A stretch of 64,000 nucleotides of DNA, from NCBI GenBank assembly GCA_032229905.1, contig JAVTWQ010000015.1, forward strand, positions 77,112 through 141,111. The letters are read 5' to 3'. A program made the translations under genes and the position numbers. This DNA comes from Candidatus Saccharimonas sp. GTDB taxonomy: Bacteria > Patescibacteriota > Saccharimonadia > Saccharimonadales > Saccharimonadaceae. Below the pieces are notes generated by a model. That model worked only from the letters and a program-made list of their open reading frames with translations, was not told the origin of the DNA and searched no databases. Within the stretch, counting starts at the first letter, position 1, and each line of letters starts with the position of its first letter. Below, piece by piece: positions 24,771 to 35,220 of this stretch.

Positions 24771-25888
24771 TGGCTGCGCCAAAAATCTGCATTGTTCACG
24801 ACTGGCTAACCAATATGGGCGGTGGCGAAGAGGTAGTGCTGGCTCTAACTAAAGCCTTCCCGGGTGCGCCCATTTATACCAGCACCTATGACCCTAGCAA
24901 AATGCCTAGGTTCAAAAACCTAGATGTCCGCACAACCTACTTACAAAACCTGCCCTTGGGGCTATCAAAAGCCCATAAACTACTACCCATGCTTCGTGTT
25001 AAGGCCTTTCAAAAACTAGATTTAAGCCAGTTCGATATCATTATTAGCAGTAGCAGCGCCGAGGCTAAACAAGTCCGTAAAACCAGGCCAGGACAAACCC
25101 ACATATGCTACTGCCATACGCCCATCCGTTACTACTGGAGCCACTACGCTGAATATAAAAAGGACCCAGGCCTAGGCAAGCTAAACGCAGTCGCAAAGTT
25201 AGCCATGCCCATATTGGTACCCTCCCTCAAAAAAGCCGATTATGAAGCCGCTCAAAAAGTTGATGTATTTATAGCTAATTCCACTGAAGTAGCTAAGCGC
25301 ATAAAAAAATATTACGGCCGCAGTAGTACAGTCGTTTACCCACCCGTAGCGGTTGAGCGCTTTACGCCAGCCCGCGAACGCGGTAATTACTATGTTACTA
25401 GTGGCCGCCAAGTGCCCTATAAGCACCACGATTTAGCCGTAGCCGCCTGCACCAAGCTAAACCTGCCACTCAAAGTATATGGTAGCGGCCCAGAACATGA
25501 GCGCCTAGTGGCCATGGCTGGTCCTAGTGTGCAGTTTTATACCGATAGATTTAGCGATGCTAGCGACGACGCTCTAGAACATGCCCTTAACCATGCCAAA
25601 GGCTTTATATTCCCAGCCGAAGAGGATTTTGGTATCGTAACCGTAGAGGCCCTGGCGGCCGGTGCGCCAGTAATTGGGCTAAACCGAGCCGGCACTAAGG
25701 AGATTATTGAAGACGAGGTAAGCGGCGTACTATTTGATCACCAAACCGTTGATGATGTCATAGCGGCCATTAAAAAAGCCGAATCAATTAAGTTTTTGCC
25801 CGGCACTCTACGCCGCAAGGCGCGCCGGTTCGATACATCACTATTCATCACAAAAATGCGCAAAATAGTCAGCGACCAATCCTCTTAG
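24770..25888 (+). CDS. glycosyltransferase family 4
   Basis: C-terminal EX7E-type motif EDFGIVTVEALAAGAPVIG. The GTG start overlaps the previous stop (TAGTG). Confidence 0.7.
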   Translation: MAAPKICIVHDWLTNMGGGEEVVLALTKAFPGAPIYTSTYDPSKMPRFKNLDVRTTYLQNLPLGLSKAHKLLPMLRVKAFQKLDLSQFDIIISSSSAEAKQVRKTRPGQTHICYCHTPIRYYWSHYAEYKKDPGLGKLNAVAKLAMPILVPSLKKADYEAAQKVDVFIANSTEVAKRIKKYYGRSSTVVYPPVAVERFTPARERGNYYVTSGRQVPYKHHDLAVAACTKLNLPLKVYGSGPEHERLVAMAGPSVQFYTDRFSDASDDALEHALNHAKGFIFPAEEDFGIVTVEALAAGAPVIGLNRAGTKEIIEDEVSGVLFDHQTVDDVIAAIKKAESIKFLPGTLRRKARRFDTSLFITKMRKIVSDQSS

Positions 25889-27715
25889 CTATTCAACCGT
25901 TACGCTCTTAGCTAGGTTACGCGGCTGGTCAACATCGTTACCGCGTGCAACCGCCATATAGTAGGCTATTAGCTGCGACACAATATTAAATACAAGGGGC
26001 AGCGTAAGATCAGCCTTAGTACTAATACGCACCACGGTCTCAGCCTCAATCTTCCGTTTGCTGTTAGTTACAACGATCGCGTGCGCGCCCCGGGCATTCA
26101 TCTCTATTAAGTTACTGAGGGACTTTTCAAAAAGCCAATTATCAGCAATAAAACACACCTCAAATATCTTGTCATCAATCAGAGCGATCGACCCGTGCTT
26201 AAGCTCGCCAGATGGATAACCTTCGGCGTGAATATAGCTCACCTCCTTAAGTTTGAGTGAACCCTCAAGAGCGGCTGGATATAGTGTATCGCGGCCAATG
26301 TATAGCGCATTTTCATAAATAGTATACTTATTTGCGATCTTCTGTATCTCAGCCTCATGGCTCTTAATAACGTCATCGATTTCTTCCGGTAAACGGTCAA
26401 GCTCTCCGATCCATGTGCCAAGCGTTTTTTTGCTCACACCCTTTGCCTCCGCCATAACAAGGCCAAATAGTATCATCGCCGCTGTCTGCGAGGTGAATGC
26501 CTTGGTGCTAGCGACGCTGATTTCGGCACCAACGTGCACATAGACTCCACCATCAACCTCGCGGGCAATTGAGCTGCCAACCGCATTAACAATGCCAAGG
26601 CAACGTACGCCGCGGCGCTTGAGCTCCTGCAGACAAGCTAGCGTGTCGGCCGTTTCACCCGATTGCGATACAATAAGCGCAACCGAGTTGTCGGCCACAT
26701 TAAATGACCGGTAACGTAACTCCGACGCAATCTCAACTTGTATAGTAACATCTGGGCAAAATTGCTCAATAAAATAACTTGCCTGTAGCCCCGCAAAATA
26801 AGCCGTACCGCAACCAACTATAATAATATTCCGTATTTCGCGCAGTTCCCCAGAGGCCATATTGATGCCGCCAAGCTGAGCCCGTAGCTCATCAACTATA
26901 AGCCGGCCGCTAAGCGTGGAGCGTAAACTCATGGGCTGTTCATGAATCTCCTTTAGCAAGAAATGGTCAAAGCCCTGCTTTTGGATTGATTGAATATCGA
27001 TCTCTAGTGTCTCAACCTGCGCGTCAACTACTTGGGCCTCAATATCATATAGCTGCACGCCATCACGCGTACAGACACCCATTTCGCCGTCGCGTAAATA
27101 AATAACTTTATCGGTATAGCCAACTAAGGCGCTAGCGTCGCTTGCTATAAATATTTCATTATCGCCAACACCAATTATCAAAGGGCTACCTTTGCGAGCG
27201 ACGATAATTTCATGTGGGTTCTTGACGCTCATTACCGCAATCCCGTAGGCGCCAACAACCATCTTGAGCGCCCCGCTAACGGCCTCCAGTAGGCTGTCTG
27301 ACTCACGGTACACATAGTCGATTAATGCGGTCAGCACCTCTGTATCAGTGTCGCTCTTAAAGATATAGTCCCGTTTTATGAGCATTGCTTTTATGTCCTG
27401 ATAGTTCTCAATTATGCCGTTATGGACTAGGTAGATATCGCCAACGCAGTGCGGGTGAGCATTACGCTTGCTGGGCGCACCATGGGTCGCCCAGCGAGTA
27501 TGGCCAATACCAGCCGTATCCTGAGTCTGGTGGGCCTCAACCTTATCGCTAAGCTCGCTCACTTTTCCTTTTGCGCGTAGTAGTGTCGGCTTTTGGCTCG
27601 TGTCCAGGGTCATTATGCCGGCGCTATCATACCCACGGTATTCCAGCCGTTTAAGCCCGCTCATGAGCACCGTCTGGGCCCTTTTATCACCGATGTATCC
27701 AACAATACCGCACAT
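25889..27715 (-). CDS. glmS: glutamine--fructose-6-phosphate aminotransferase
   Basis: MCGIVGYIG N-terminal nucleophile, 608 aa, two SIS domains, C-terminal ...AKSVTVE. GGAG RBS. Confidence 0.9.
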   Translation of the reverse strand: MCGIVGYIGDKRAQTVLMSGLKRLEYRGYDSAGIMTLDTSQKPTLLRAKGKVSELSDKVEAHQTQDTAGIGHTRWATHGAPSKRNAHPHCVGDIYLVHNGIIENYQDIKAMLIKRDYIFKSDTDTEVLTALIDYVYRESDSLLEAVSGALKMVVGAYGIAVMSVKNPHEIIVARKGSPLIIGVGDNEIFIASDASALVGYTDKVIYLRDGEMGVCTRDGVQLYDIEAQVVDAQVETLEIDIQSIQKQGFDHFLLKEIHEQPMSLRSTLSGRLIVDELRAQLGGINMASGELREIRNIIIVGCGTAYFAGLQASYFIEQFCPDVTIQVEIASELRYRSFNVADNSVALIVSQSGETADTLACLQELKRRGVRCLGIVNAVGSSIAREVDGGVYVHVGAEISVASTKAFTSQTAAMILFGLVMAEAKGVSKKTLGTWIGELDRLPEEIDDVIKSHEAEIQKIANKYTIYENALYIGRDTLYPAALEGSLKLKEVSYIHAEGYPSGELKHGSIALIDDKIFEVCFIADNWLFEKSLSNLIEMNARGAHAIVVTNSKRKIEAETVVRISTKADLTLPLVFNIVSQLIAYYMAVARGNDVDQPRNLAKSVTVE

Positions 27716-27923
27716 AGCTTATTCTCCTTTTAGGTTAAACAGTGGCTTCCTTACCCTATTTAAACGTAAAAGGAATATTAAGTCTATAAATAATTTATAA
27801 AATTTTATAAAAATCAAAAATTACAACACTTAAATCAATTAACCCTCTGCTTTTTAGTTAGCTATGGTTAAGCATTTATCTATGAATAAGCCCGCGGCTA
27901 CCCTAAGTCGCACTTAGCCGTGG

Positions 27924-29693
27924 CTAGTAGCCGGCCCCGTGCTGTAGGTAAAAGTAGTCGGTTACCTTATGCATATCACCCTGGCCATCAGAGGACATTA
28001 CGTAAAGCTCGTTGCTGTTTTTACTATAAATTATATAGTCATTGCCTAGCCAGCCGGCGGCTCTAAAGTTATCGCCACCACCAGTTTGGCGAGCGTTATT
28101 AGCGCTTATGTCGCCCACAAAGCTCATTGGTTTGCCGTCCCGGGTTTCGGTCCAGAATGTTTTTTCATTATTTGGCGAAGCGTAGTACGTTATTTGTTCA
28201 CCTGTAAAATCGGCCTCGCTTAGCTGTACGGTTTCGATAGCTTTACCCGCCTGATAGCGATAATATTGGACATCGTTATAGTCATTTGTGTTAGTAACCT
28301 TAAAGTATACTAACCCGGGCTTTTTTACTAAGGTATCGCAGTAGCTAGGCTTAGTTTGGTCAAGCTGTTTTAGTGTAGTCACCTTGCCATCTGACAACAT
28401 ATTTAGGCTCACCTTTTGGTGCAGCTCGCTACCATAATAACCAACGTAGCTCCAACATTTGGCGTAGTATAGCTTCCCAGCGTCAAGTTGGAACCGTGAG
28501 CTAAGCCCTTGCTCAACTTGCCCACTAGTATCATTGCCTACAATTGACGTATCGACAACGCTGCGCTTGTTAGCGGCGGCATCATAACTTATTAACTGAA
28601 AGCGCCCATCGGCTACGGCGCCGGCCTGCATATTGTTATAGTTCGTAAAGTATAAGGTGTTTCCGGCCCAACCAATAAGTAGCGTACCGGTGCCAACATC
28701 AATCTTAGTGAGCGACTTACTTGCGGTATCGATAATGTATAAGCTCGGCTTGTTGGCTTCGCGGCGGGCCGATAAGGCTAGCTTTGACTGGTCTCCATTA
28801 GCTATAAGCTGCATTTCGTAAGATAGCTCCTGACCAGTTCCAGCTAGTACCACCTCTTGCCCGGTGCCATCTAACTGGCTGCTCATCACATCAATTGTGC
28901 CGCTACGGTTTGAAAGGAAGTACAGCCTACCACTAGGAGTCAGTACTACTTCAGATACTGGGGCCATGTCTTTAGTGTTGACCGTAAAGCTAGCCGGCGC
29001 GTAACCGTTTAGGGTGGCCGCACCCGGCTGGTCGCCAGCCTGGATAGCTAGAGCCACGTTTGCGACACCGTTATCACTGGTAACGGCGCTTGTATCACCA
29101 ATTTTCACAGCCGCCCCAGGTAGGGGCTTGCCCGATATAAGGTTTTTAACTGTTATCGCCGCCATTCGGCCAGTGGCTTTTAGCTTTAAGGTTATTTTTG
29201 CCTCGCTAAATACTGGTACCGTATAGCTAGTGCTCGCCGTTTGGTAGTACTTTTTCTCAACGCTTAAAGGGTGATCGCCCACCGGCATATCCTTCAGTGC
29301 CACCACGCCATTTTTATCGGTCGTAGCATCGGCCCTAGCAAAATGCACCAACGCGTCGCTAACCGGCTTTCCTGTTGTATCATCAACAACAATAATAATA
29401 GCTTGTTTCTTTATAAAAAAGCCTAAAACAGCATAACGAGTCATAGGAACAGCAAAAATAACACCTGTGATAACAACAAAAACTACTAGTGTTTTACCCC
29501 AGCCACTCTTAAAAAACTTAGCTAATTTATGTCGCAAGGGATGGCGCCGACTAACTTGGCTCTCTTTTTCATCAGCCAAGACTAGGGTAACTGGTTCCGA
29601 ATCTATCTTGTCAGTCTTAGTTTCTTCATCCTCTAAGATCTCGTCAACACTGTCGTCAACCGTACTCTTTTTGTTATCTTCTCCCATTGCCAA
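27924..29693 (-). CDS. membrane-anchored extracytoplasmic protein (Ig-like/carboxypeptidase-regulatory-like domains followed by a beta-propeller-like region)
   Basis: Acidic N-terminus, a single TM (TLVVFVVITGVIFAV), and repeated short beta-strand motifs. No catalytic motif recognised. Confidence 0.45.
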   Translation of the reverse strand: MAMGEDNKKSTVDDSVDEILEDEETKTDKIDSEPVTLVLADEKESQVSRRHPLRHKLAKFFKSGWGKTLVVFVVITGVIFAVPMTRYAVLGFFIKKQAIIIVVDDTTGKPVSDALVHFARADATTDKNGVVALKDMPVGDHPLSVEKKYYQTASTSYTVPVFSEAKITLKLKATGRMAAITVKNLISGKPLPGAAVKIGDTSAVTSDNGVANVALAIQAGDQPGAATLNGYAPASFTVNTKDMAPVSEVVLTPSGRLYFLSNRSGTIDVMSSQLDGTGQEVVLAGTGQELSYEMQLIANGDQSKLALSARREANKPSLYIIDTASKSLTKIDVGTGTLLIGWAGNTLYFTNYNNMQAGAVADGRFQLISYDAAANKRSVVDTSIVGNDTSGQVEQGLSSRFQLDAGKLYYAKCWSYVGYYGSELHQKVSLNMLSDGKVTTLKQLDQTKPSYCDTLVKKPGLVYFKVTNTNDYNDVQYYRYQAGKAIETVQLSEADFTGEQITYYASPNNEKTFWTETRDGKPMSFVGDISANNARQTGGGDNFRAAGWLGNDYIIYSKNSNELYVMSSDGQGDMHKVTDYFYLQHGAGY

Positions 29694-29757
29694 GCCGCCT
29701 TTCCCCTTATGCTAACAGTTTAGTTAAAAACACTATAACCGTCAATAAGGCGCCTAG

Positions 29758-30813
29758 CTATCCCTGTTGTTTAGACTGAATCAATTTAGCCACATCGCCA
29801 CACTTCGCGCTAACATCTTTGCGAGCGACAAGTATTCCATCTGCTGTATTAACAACAACAATATTATCGAGGCCTATTACCGCAATTGGCTTATCGGCCA
29901 CTTCATTACGTATGTAAGAGTTTTCTGATTCGACTAAATAAACATCGTTACCCCTGATATAGTTACCCTGTTCATTCTTTGGCACTACGTCGTGTAGGTC
30001 CTTAAACGATCCTATATCCATCCAGTCAAAGTCGGCCGAAACAACCGCTAGGTCTGTGGCCTTTTCTAGTAAGGCAATATCAATAACCTGGTTATCAAGG
30101 CTCAGGTAGGCTTCCCGATACTCATCACTACCGTGTTCGCTAATAGATGCAAGCTTTTGGTAGGTTGCTTCGAGGTCTGGGGCAAACCGATTAATCTCAC
30201 CAATAAACGTATTGGCACTTCCAACAAAATAACCACAGTTCCATAAGTAATTGCCTGACTCAACGTAATTCTGGGCCGTTTCGTAGTCTGGTTTTTCTTT
30301 GAACATGATAACGCTGTATGTACCAGGCTCTGACTTAATAGCTTCGCCGCGTTGAATGTAGCCAAAGCCGGTAGATGGAAAAGTTGGCTCAATACCAATA
30401 AGTGTGATGGAGCCCTGCGCCTGGGCCACCTCGCCCGCAACCGCAAATGAACCAGCAAAGCCCTTGACGTCACGTATATTATGGTCGGCATGGATAAACG
30501 CAATCGGCTCGTCATTATCATGCGTGCGTGCAATCTTATCAAGAGCAAACAATATACAGTGAGCAGTGCCACGCCTGCCTGGTTCGATTAAGAATGCCTC
30601 ATCTGGCAGCTCAGGCAGCTGGGCCCTAAGAGCATCAGAGTGACTCGCCTCAGTAACAATATATACCTGGTCGCCAAGCTGCCTGGCCCTGTCATAGGCC
30701 TGCTGGATCATCGTCCGCTCACCTGTTAGTGCTAAAAGTTGTTTTGGGTTCTCTGGTGTCGAAAGCGGCCACAACCTTGTACCTGACCCTCCTGCAATAA
30801 TCACGGTAATCAT
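29758..30813 (-). CDS. manC: mannose-1-phosphate guanylyltransferase (nucleotidyltransferase domain only)
   Basis: ITVIIAGGSGTRLWPLS N-terminal motif. At 351 aa it lacks the C-terminal isomerase domain. TATAAT lies 7 nt before the ATG. Confidence 0.7.
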   Translation of the reverse strand: MITVIIAGGSGTRLWPLSTPENPKQLLALTGERTMIQQAYDRARQLGDQVYIVTEASHSDALRAQLPELPDEAFLIEPGRRGTAHCILFALDKIARTHDNDEPIAFIHADHNIRDVKGFAGSFAVAGEVAQAQGSITLIGIEPTFPSTGFGYIQRGEAIKSEPGTYSVIMFKEKPDYETAQNYVESGNYLWNCGYFVGSANTFIGEINRFAPDLEATYQKLASISEHGSDEYREAYLSLDNQVIDIALLEKATDLAVVSADFDWMDIGSFKDLHDVVPKNEQGNYIRGNDVYLVESENSYIRNEVADKPIAVIGLDNIVVVNTADGILVARKDVSAKCGDVAKLIQSKQQG

Positions 30814-30870
30814 ACTAACTATTATATACTAACCGCGGCAGCTTACCCTAGGTAAAGCCTAGCCTATATC

Positions 30871-33084
30871 CTACTGATTGCAGCCTAGGTTCGAGACTAC
30901 CACCCCATCCTGTGAGTTTGAGTCTAGTGTGACTGAACCATTTGCTATAAATCTTACTTGTTGCGGGGAAGTATTAATGTCTAGCTGTTGCACAACATGG
31001 CCACTCGACCACAACTTTAGCGTACTAATGCCTTGTCCCGCTGTCTGCACGCCAAAGCAAACCTCTCTGTCTTGATCATCCTTGTCCCCAGAAAGGGATA
31101 CGATGTTAATTGTGCTCTTTGGCGCCGATAGGTAACGCCAGTCAACAGCTGATCGAACATACGTCATGTTCCTGTAAAAACCTTCCTGCGGAGCAAGAAT
31201 ATAAGACTGTTTTTCTGTGACGTCCTTTAGGCTAATGATATACACATTATCTGTTTGAACTAGCGGAGAAAACCCAACCAATGTGAATCCGTTTGGCTCC
31301 GCGGTATATATAATCTTTCCGTATGGTATTTTCTGAGCCTCTTCCTTTGTTATACCATGTACAACAATTGCATCAATACCCATAGATTTCAAAACTGGTA
31401 TTGTCTGTGGGTCATATAGGTCCTTTAAGCCTGTCTTTTTCTGCTCCTGTGTTGTATAGCCTAATGATCCATTAAACAGCTTCTTGCCATGCACTACCTG
31501 CATTGTTAAGTAATAAGCCATGGAATTACCCTCTCCTCCACTACGCTCAAGTGGGTATTCGGCAATTGTACCAATGTCTTTCTGCTCTTTAAGCCAGTTA
31601 TACTGTTTTGGCACACTCTTTGTATAATCAAATGTTCCAAAGTCATTGCCCCTAAATGGTAGCTTAGCTGTCTGATATTCAATAATCACGGCCCCGAAGA
31701 TTAGAACAAACGCCACTACTATCAACCTTTTATTCTTTACTAGCTTAAGCTTATCCACAAAATAAACCATCGATATGGAAGCAAGAGTAATCATTACAAT
31801 GTTAAGCACAACAAATATGCGCGTTATCGTTCGCCATGTTGATGTAATCTGCAACATTTCATACGAAGGAGTCGGAATGCCATGGCGTATCATAGGCGGT
31901 AACCCAAGCAGTAAACACGCAAGGCCAACTGCCATTAATCCATATATCAAAATCTTAGGCTCACAACCTAGCAACTGGCCCATTCCAACTCGGCGGCGGT
32001 TCAGTCTATCCCATATAATCACAATAAAGCATATTAACGCTATCACAGACAAGGTGATGCTAAGCCCAACCACGTCCTCTCCAATCCCGCATGAGTAATG
32101 GTCCCTCATCATACTAACCGTTACGTCATACCTATCCTTGCCAGCAATGGCCTCAAATATAGGGTTAAACATAAACGGTACAAAATATTCGTGCGGCCAG
32201 TTACTACAGTACTGTGTTTCTAGTAAGATATTCCCCCTTGAGGCAGATACATTATTGGATATCTGTTTACCCTGGTTTATAAATACCATTACTAGGGGTA
32301 GCAAAAGTAAGAAAACGATACCGGCACTGATTAATAGCAGTTTAAGTTGTCGCTTTGTTGAAAGTCCATCAGCTTTCCTTGCCCAAAACCGCTTTAAAAA
32401 TACTTTTCTGTTTAAAACAAGCCATGTTATGCCCAGCGGAAACACGATAAGGGCTATTAATAGTGAATAGTATGGATCCCAATATATGCCCAGCACCGAC
32501 AGCAGTGCAAAGATTATCGCATCGCGTTTTCTATGTTTTTTAACCAGGTTGTAAAATGACCAAAATATGCCAATAAATATCGCTTGGAACCCAAAGCTAA
32601 AGTGGGCCCCAATCTTTAGCTGGAAATACGGCGCAAATGACACGGCGTATCCAGCGAGTAGCGCAATCCATCTATTCTTGGTGACCGCTAGTATAAACCC
32701 AAACATGACAAGCGCACTCAACATAAAGCCTGTCATATTGGCAATATTGTACCCACATATAGGCCCGGCAACTGTTGTCATGGTTTTAATGTAAAGTGAC
32801 TGAGCAATCAAACTGTATCCAATAGGATTTTCGAGGTTATCGCCATAAGGAGCATTTGTCATAGATGTAAATGAGCCAATTGGACCCTGCTTTTCTGGTA
32901 ATGACGCCTGCCAGATTGGCCCAGCGGTATTATCACCAAAACCATACACCGTCGTATTGCACGACGTCACAGATGGGCCCATGTAATAAAAAACAAAAAA
33001 ACCATACACTAATATGGCAAAGAATGTAAACCAGTTCTTCTTAAGGTATGGGGCAATATTACCCATATTCAATCTCTTATGCAT
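30871..33084 (-). CDS. large polytopic membrane protein with a C-terminal extracytoplasmic domain; candidate GT-C-type glycosyltransferase
   Basis: 737 aa with more than 12 TM segments in the first roughly 480 aa, then a soluble domain. Located in the glycan locus near polyprenol-phosphate GT2 and GtrA genes. Confidence 0.35.
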   Translation of the reverse strand: MHKRLNMGNIAPYLKKNWFTFFAILVYGFFVFYYMGPSVTSCNTTVYGFGDNTAGPIWQASLPEKQGPIGSFTSMTNAPYGDNLENPIGYSLIAQSLYIKTMTTVAGPICGYNIANMTGFMLSALVMFGFILAVTKNRWIALLAGYAVSFAPYFQLKIGAHFSFGFQAIFIGIFWSFYNLVKKHRKRDAIIFALLSVLGIYWDPYYSLLIALIVFPLGITWLVLNRKVFLKRFWARKADGLSTKRQLKLLLISAGIVFLLLLPLVMVFINQGKQISNNVSASRGNILLETQYCSNWPHEYFVPFMFNPIFEAIAGKDRYDVTVSMMRDHYSCGIGEDVVGLSITLSVIALICFIVIIWDRLNRRRVGMGQLLGCEPKILIYGLMAVGLACLLLGLPPMIRHGIPTPSYEMLQITSTWRTITRIFVVLNIVMITLASISMVYFVDKLKLVKNKRLIVVAFVLIFGAVIIEYQTAKLPFRGNDFGTFDYTKSVPKQYNWLKEQKDIGTIAEYPLERSGGEGNSMAYYLTMQVVHGKKLFNGSLGYTTQEQKKTGLKDLYDPQTIPVLKSMGIDAIVVHGITKEEAQKIPYGKIIYTAEPNGFTLVGFSPLVQTDNVYIISLKDVTEKQSYILAPQEGFYRNMTYVRSAVDWRYLSAPKSTINIVSLSGDKDDQDREVCFGVQTAGQGISTLKLWSSGHVVQQLDINTSPQQVRFIANGSVTLDSNSQDGVVVSNLGCNQ

Positions 33085-33137
33085 ACAGCTACCATTCTAC
33101 AGTATAAAGTAGCGGAGATGGTATACTATTATTAATC

Positions 33138-33965
33138 ATGAAGGCCCCCCTAGTTAGTATCATTGCTCCAACAAAAAATTCAAGCAACACCTTAGAGGCA
33201 TGCCTCGACTCAATACATAAGCAAACATACCCTGCCATTGAGATTATCGTTGTAGATAACTTTTCAACTGATGCTACCCCTGATATTTCAAAGCGTTTTA
33301 CTAAGAACTTTTACAGCAAGGGGCCGGAGCGGAGTTACCAAAGAAATTTTGCCGTAAGTAAAGCAAAAGGTGAATATGTCTGTATTATAGACAGCGACAT
33401 GAATCTTGAGCCTAATGTTATTCAGCAGTGTGTCGACCTTATGCAAGCTGATAAAAAAACTGTTGGAGTAACAATACCCGAAGAGTCATTTGGCGAAGGA
33501 TTCTGGGCCCAATGCAAGCAACTAGAAAGGAGCTTTTATGTCGGCGTGCCCTATATGGAAGCTGCCCGATTCTTCTACCGCCAAGACTTTAATGCAGTTG
33601 GTGGTTATGACGTAAAAATGGTAAGCGGTGAAGACTGGGATCTTTCACAACGTGTTGAAACGAAAGGGCGCCTAGTCCGAACACATGCCTACATTCACCA
33701 TAATGAGGGCCATATATCGTTATTTAAAACTATCAAAAAAAAGCTATACTATGCCCAGCTTTTTGCGACGTACGCAAAGGACTCCAACAATAAGCAGCGA
33801 GTAGGCCAGCAAACAAGCATACTCGGCCGCTATGCACTTTTCTTTTCTCACCCAACCAAGTTGTTCCGCAGGCCAATACTTGGGCTTGGCATGCTTTTCA
33901 TGAAGACATGCGAGTTTGGGTTTGGCGGTGTAGGCTATCTACTAGCTAAACTTAAGAACCGCTAA
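33138..33965 (+). CDS. glycosyltransferase family 2
   Basis: VSIIAPTKNSSNTLEACLDSIHKQTYPAIEIIVVDNFSTD and the IIDSDM (DXD) motif. Confidence 0.75.
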   Translation: MKAPLVSIIAPTKNSSNTLEACLDSIHKQTYPAIEIIVVDNFSTDATPDISKRFTKNFYSKGPERSYQRNFAVSKAKGEYVCIIDSDMNLEPNVIQQCVDLMQADKKTVGVTIPEESFGEGFWAQCKQLERSFYVGVPYMEAARFFYRQDFNAVGGYDVKMVSGEDWDLSQRVETKGRLVRTHAYIHHNEGHISLFKTIKKKLYYAQLFATYAKDSNNKQRVGQQTSILGRYALFFSHPTKLFRRPILGLGMLFMKTCEFGFGGVGYLLAKLKNR

Positions 33966-33972
33966 TCATAGA

Positions 33973-35220
33973 ATGCGTAAAGCAACCATTTATTTCATCC
34001 TCCTCAGTATCATTGGCTCTGCAATAAACTATATTGCATACCCAACGCTATCGCGCATACTGCCGGCAGAACAATACATAGATATAACCGTAGCCCTCTC
34101 ACTTCTTACGCAAATTAGCACTTTTATGTCATCATTGATAGCAATTACCATCGGGCTATCAAAGAGCCATAAAGATAGTAAAGAAACTGTCAGCAGGCTA
34201 CAGCAGATTATACTTCAAGCATTCCTCGTTCTAGGCGCGCTGTATTTGCTATGCGCTCCCATTATCATGCCTCAAATCGGATCTCCTACTGTCTATGCGC
34301 CCCCCATAACCGTCATGATAATTCTATCTATCCCCATAACAATAATATCTGGCTTTCTGAATGGCCGCCAGCGCCTAGTCCAGCTCGGTCTCGTCTCTGT
34401 CGTTACGGCATCACTTCAGCTTGCGGCTGGAGCCACCTGTGCCCTAATCACACGCAATGGCCCACTAACAATGCTAGTCATGGGGCTTACCCAAATCATA
34501 TCAATCAGCCTGCTACTAATACTATTCAAATCTGAAGGCTTGCCAAGCATACGGTCTAATATTTTTCACTTTGAAAGGCCAGAGCCTCATTTACGAAAGA
34601 TAATAGCTTATACTCTAATCTCATCTGTCGCAATCATGATAGTAAACCTACTGCAAGTACTCGACTTAGTCACAATAAAAAACATAGGTGGCGCAGAAGC
34701 CCAACTATACACTGATGTGTATGTAATCAGCCGCATCGTGTTCTTTGCGGGTATGATTTTTATATGGCCCTTCTTGGGCAGTATTAAGCTAGATGAACCC
34801 AAGTACAATGCTAAGTTATACATGAGGCTCGCCTTAGTATTCGCGCTTATTGGCGTTATTTCCATAGCTGGCTTTGCCGTATTTGGCGAAACCATATACC
34901 AACTCATGTTTGGTAGAGCAATTATGATAAGCGCTATATTACCAGTCGTAGTTCTTTCGATACTCTACAAGGTTATTTTACTACTGATCACCGCTCTGAC
35001 CCTTTACTTAATGGTCATCCGCAGCTACATGTGTATTGCCGTCTCTATTATTAGCTACCTAAGTACTGTGGTTTTGCTACAACTTAATCCAGGCGCCAAC
35101 AATATTCTCTCAATTCTAACTACATTAGTGGTAGGAGCCTCAATCGCCTTAGCCGCTAGCTTAATTATTATATTGACACTCAATACCCATAATCCTAAAT
35201 CACAGGTTAATATTACTTAA
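33973..35220 (+). CDS. oligosaccharide flippase (Wzx/MOP-family-like)
   Basis: 415 aa, about 12 TM segments, located in the glycan locus. The call is from topology and context. Confidence 0.45.
   Translation: MRKATIYFILLSIIGSAINYIAYPTLSRILPAEQYIDITVALSLLTQISTFMSSLIAITIGLSKSHKDSKETVSRLQQIILQAFLVLGALYLLCAPIIMPQIGSPTVYAPPITVMIILSIPITIISGFLNGRQRLVQLGLVSVVTASLQLAAGATCALITRNGPLTMLVMGLTQIISISLLLILFKSEGLPSIRSNIFHFERPEPHLRKIIAYTLISSVAIMIVNLLQVLDLVTIKNIGGAEAQLYTDVYVISRIVFFAGMIFIWPFLGSIKLDEPKYNAKLYMRLALVFALIGVISIAGFAVFGETIYQLMFGRAIMISAILPVVVLSILYKVILLLITALTLYLMVIRSYMCIAVSIISYLSTVVLLQLNPGANNILSILTTLVVGASIALAASLIIILTLNTHNPKSQVNIT

Noticed and set aside
27716-27923. Possible glmS ribozyme in the 208-bp leader upstream of glmS
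   Set aside because: The leader is very AT-rich promoter-like DNA, plus a short hairpin that terminates the upstream gene. I could not find the GC-rich nested pseudoknot core expected of the glmS ribozyme. An Infernal scan would settle it.
30102-30572. 156-aa minus-strand ORF inside manC
   Set aside because: It is an alternative frame of a gene with clear nucleotidyltransferase motifs, and its product is Leu/Arg-rich and nonsense-like.
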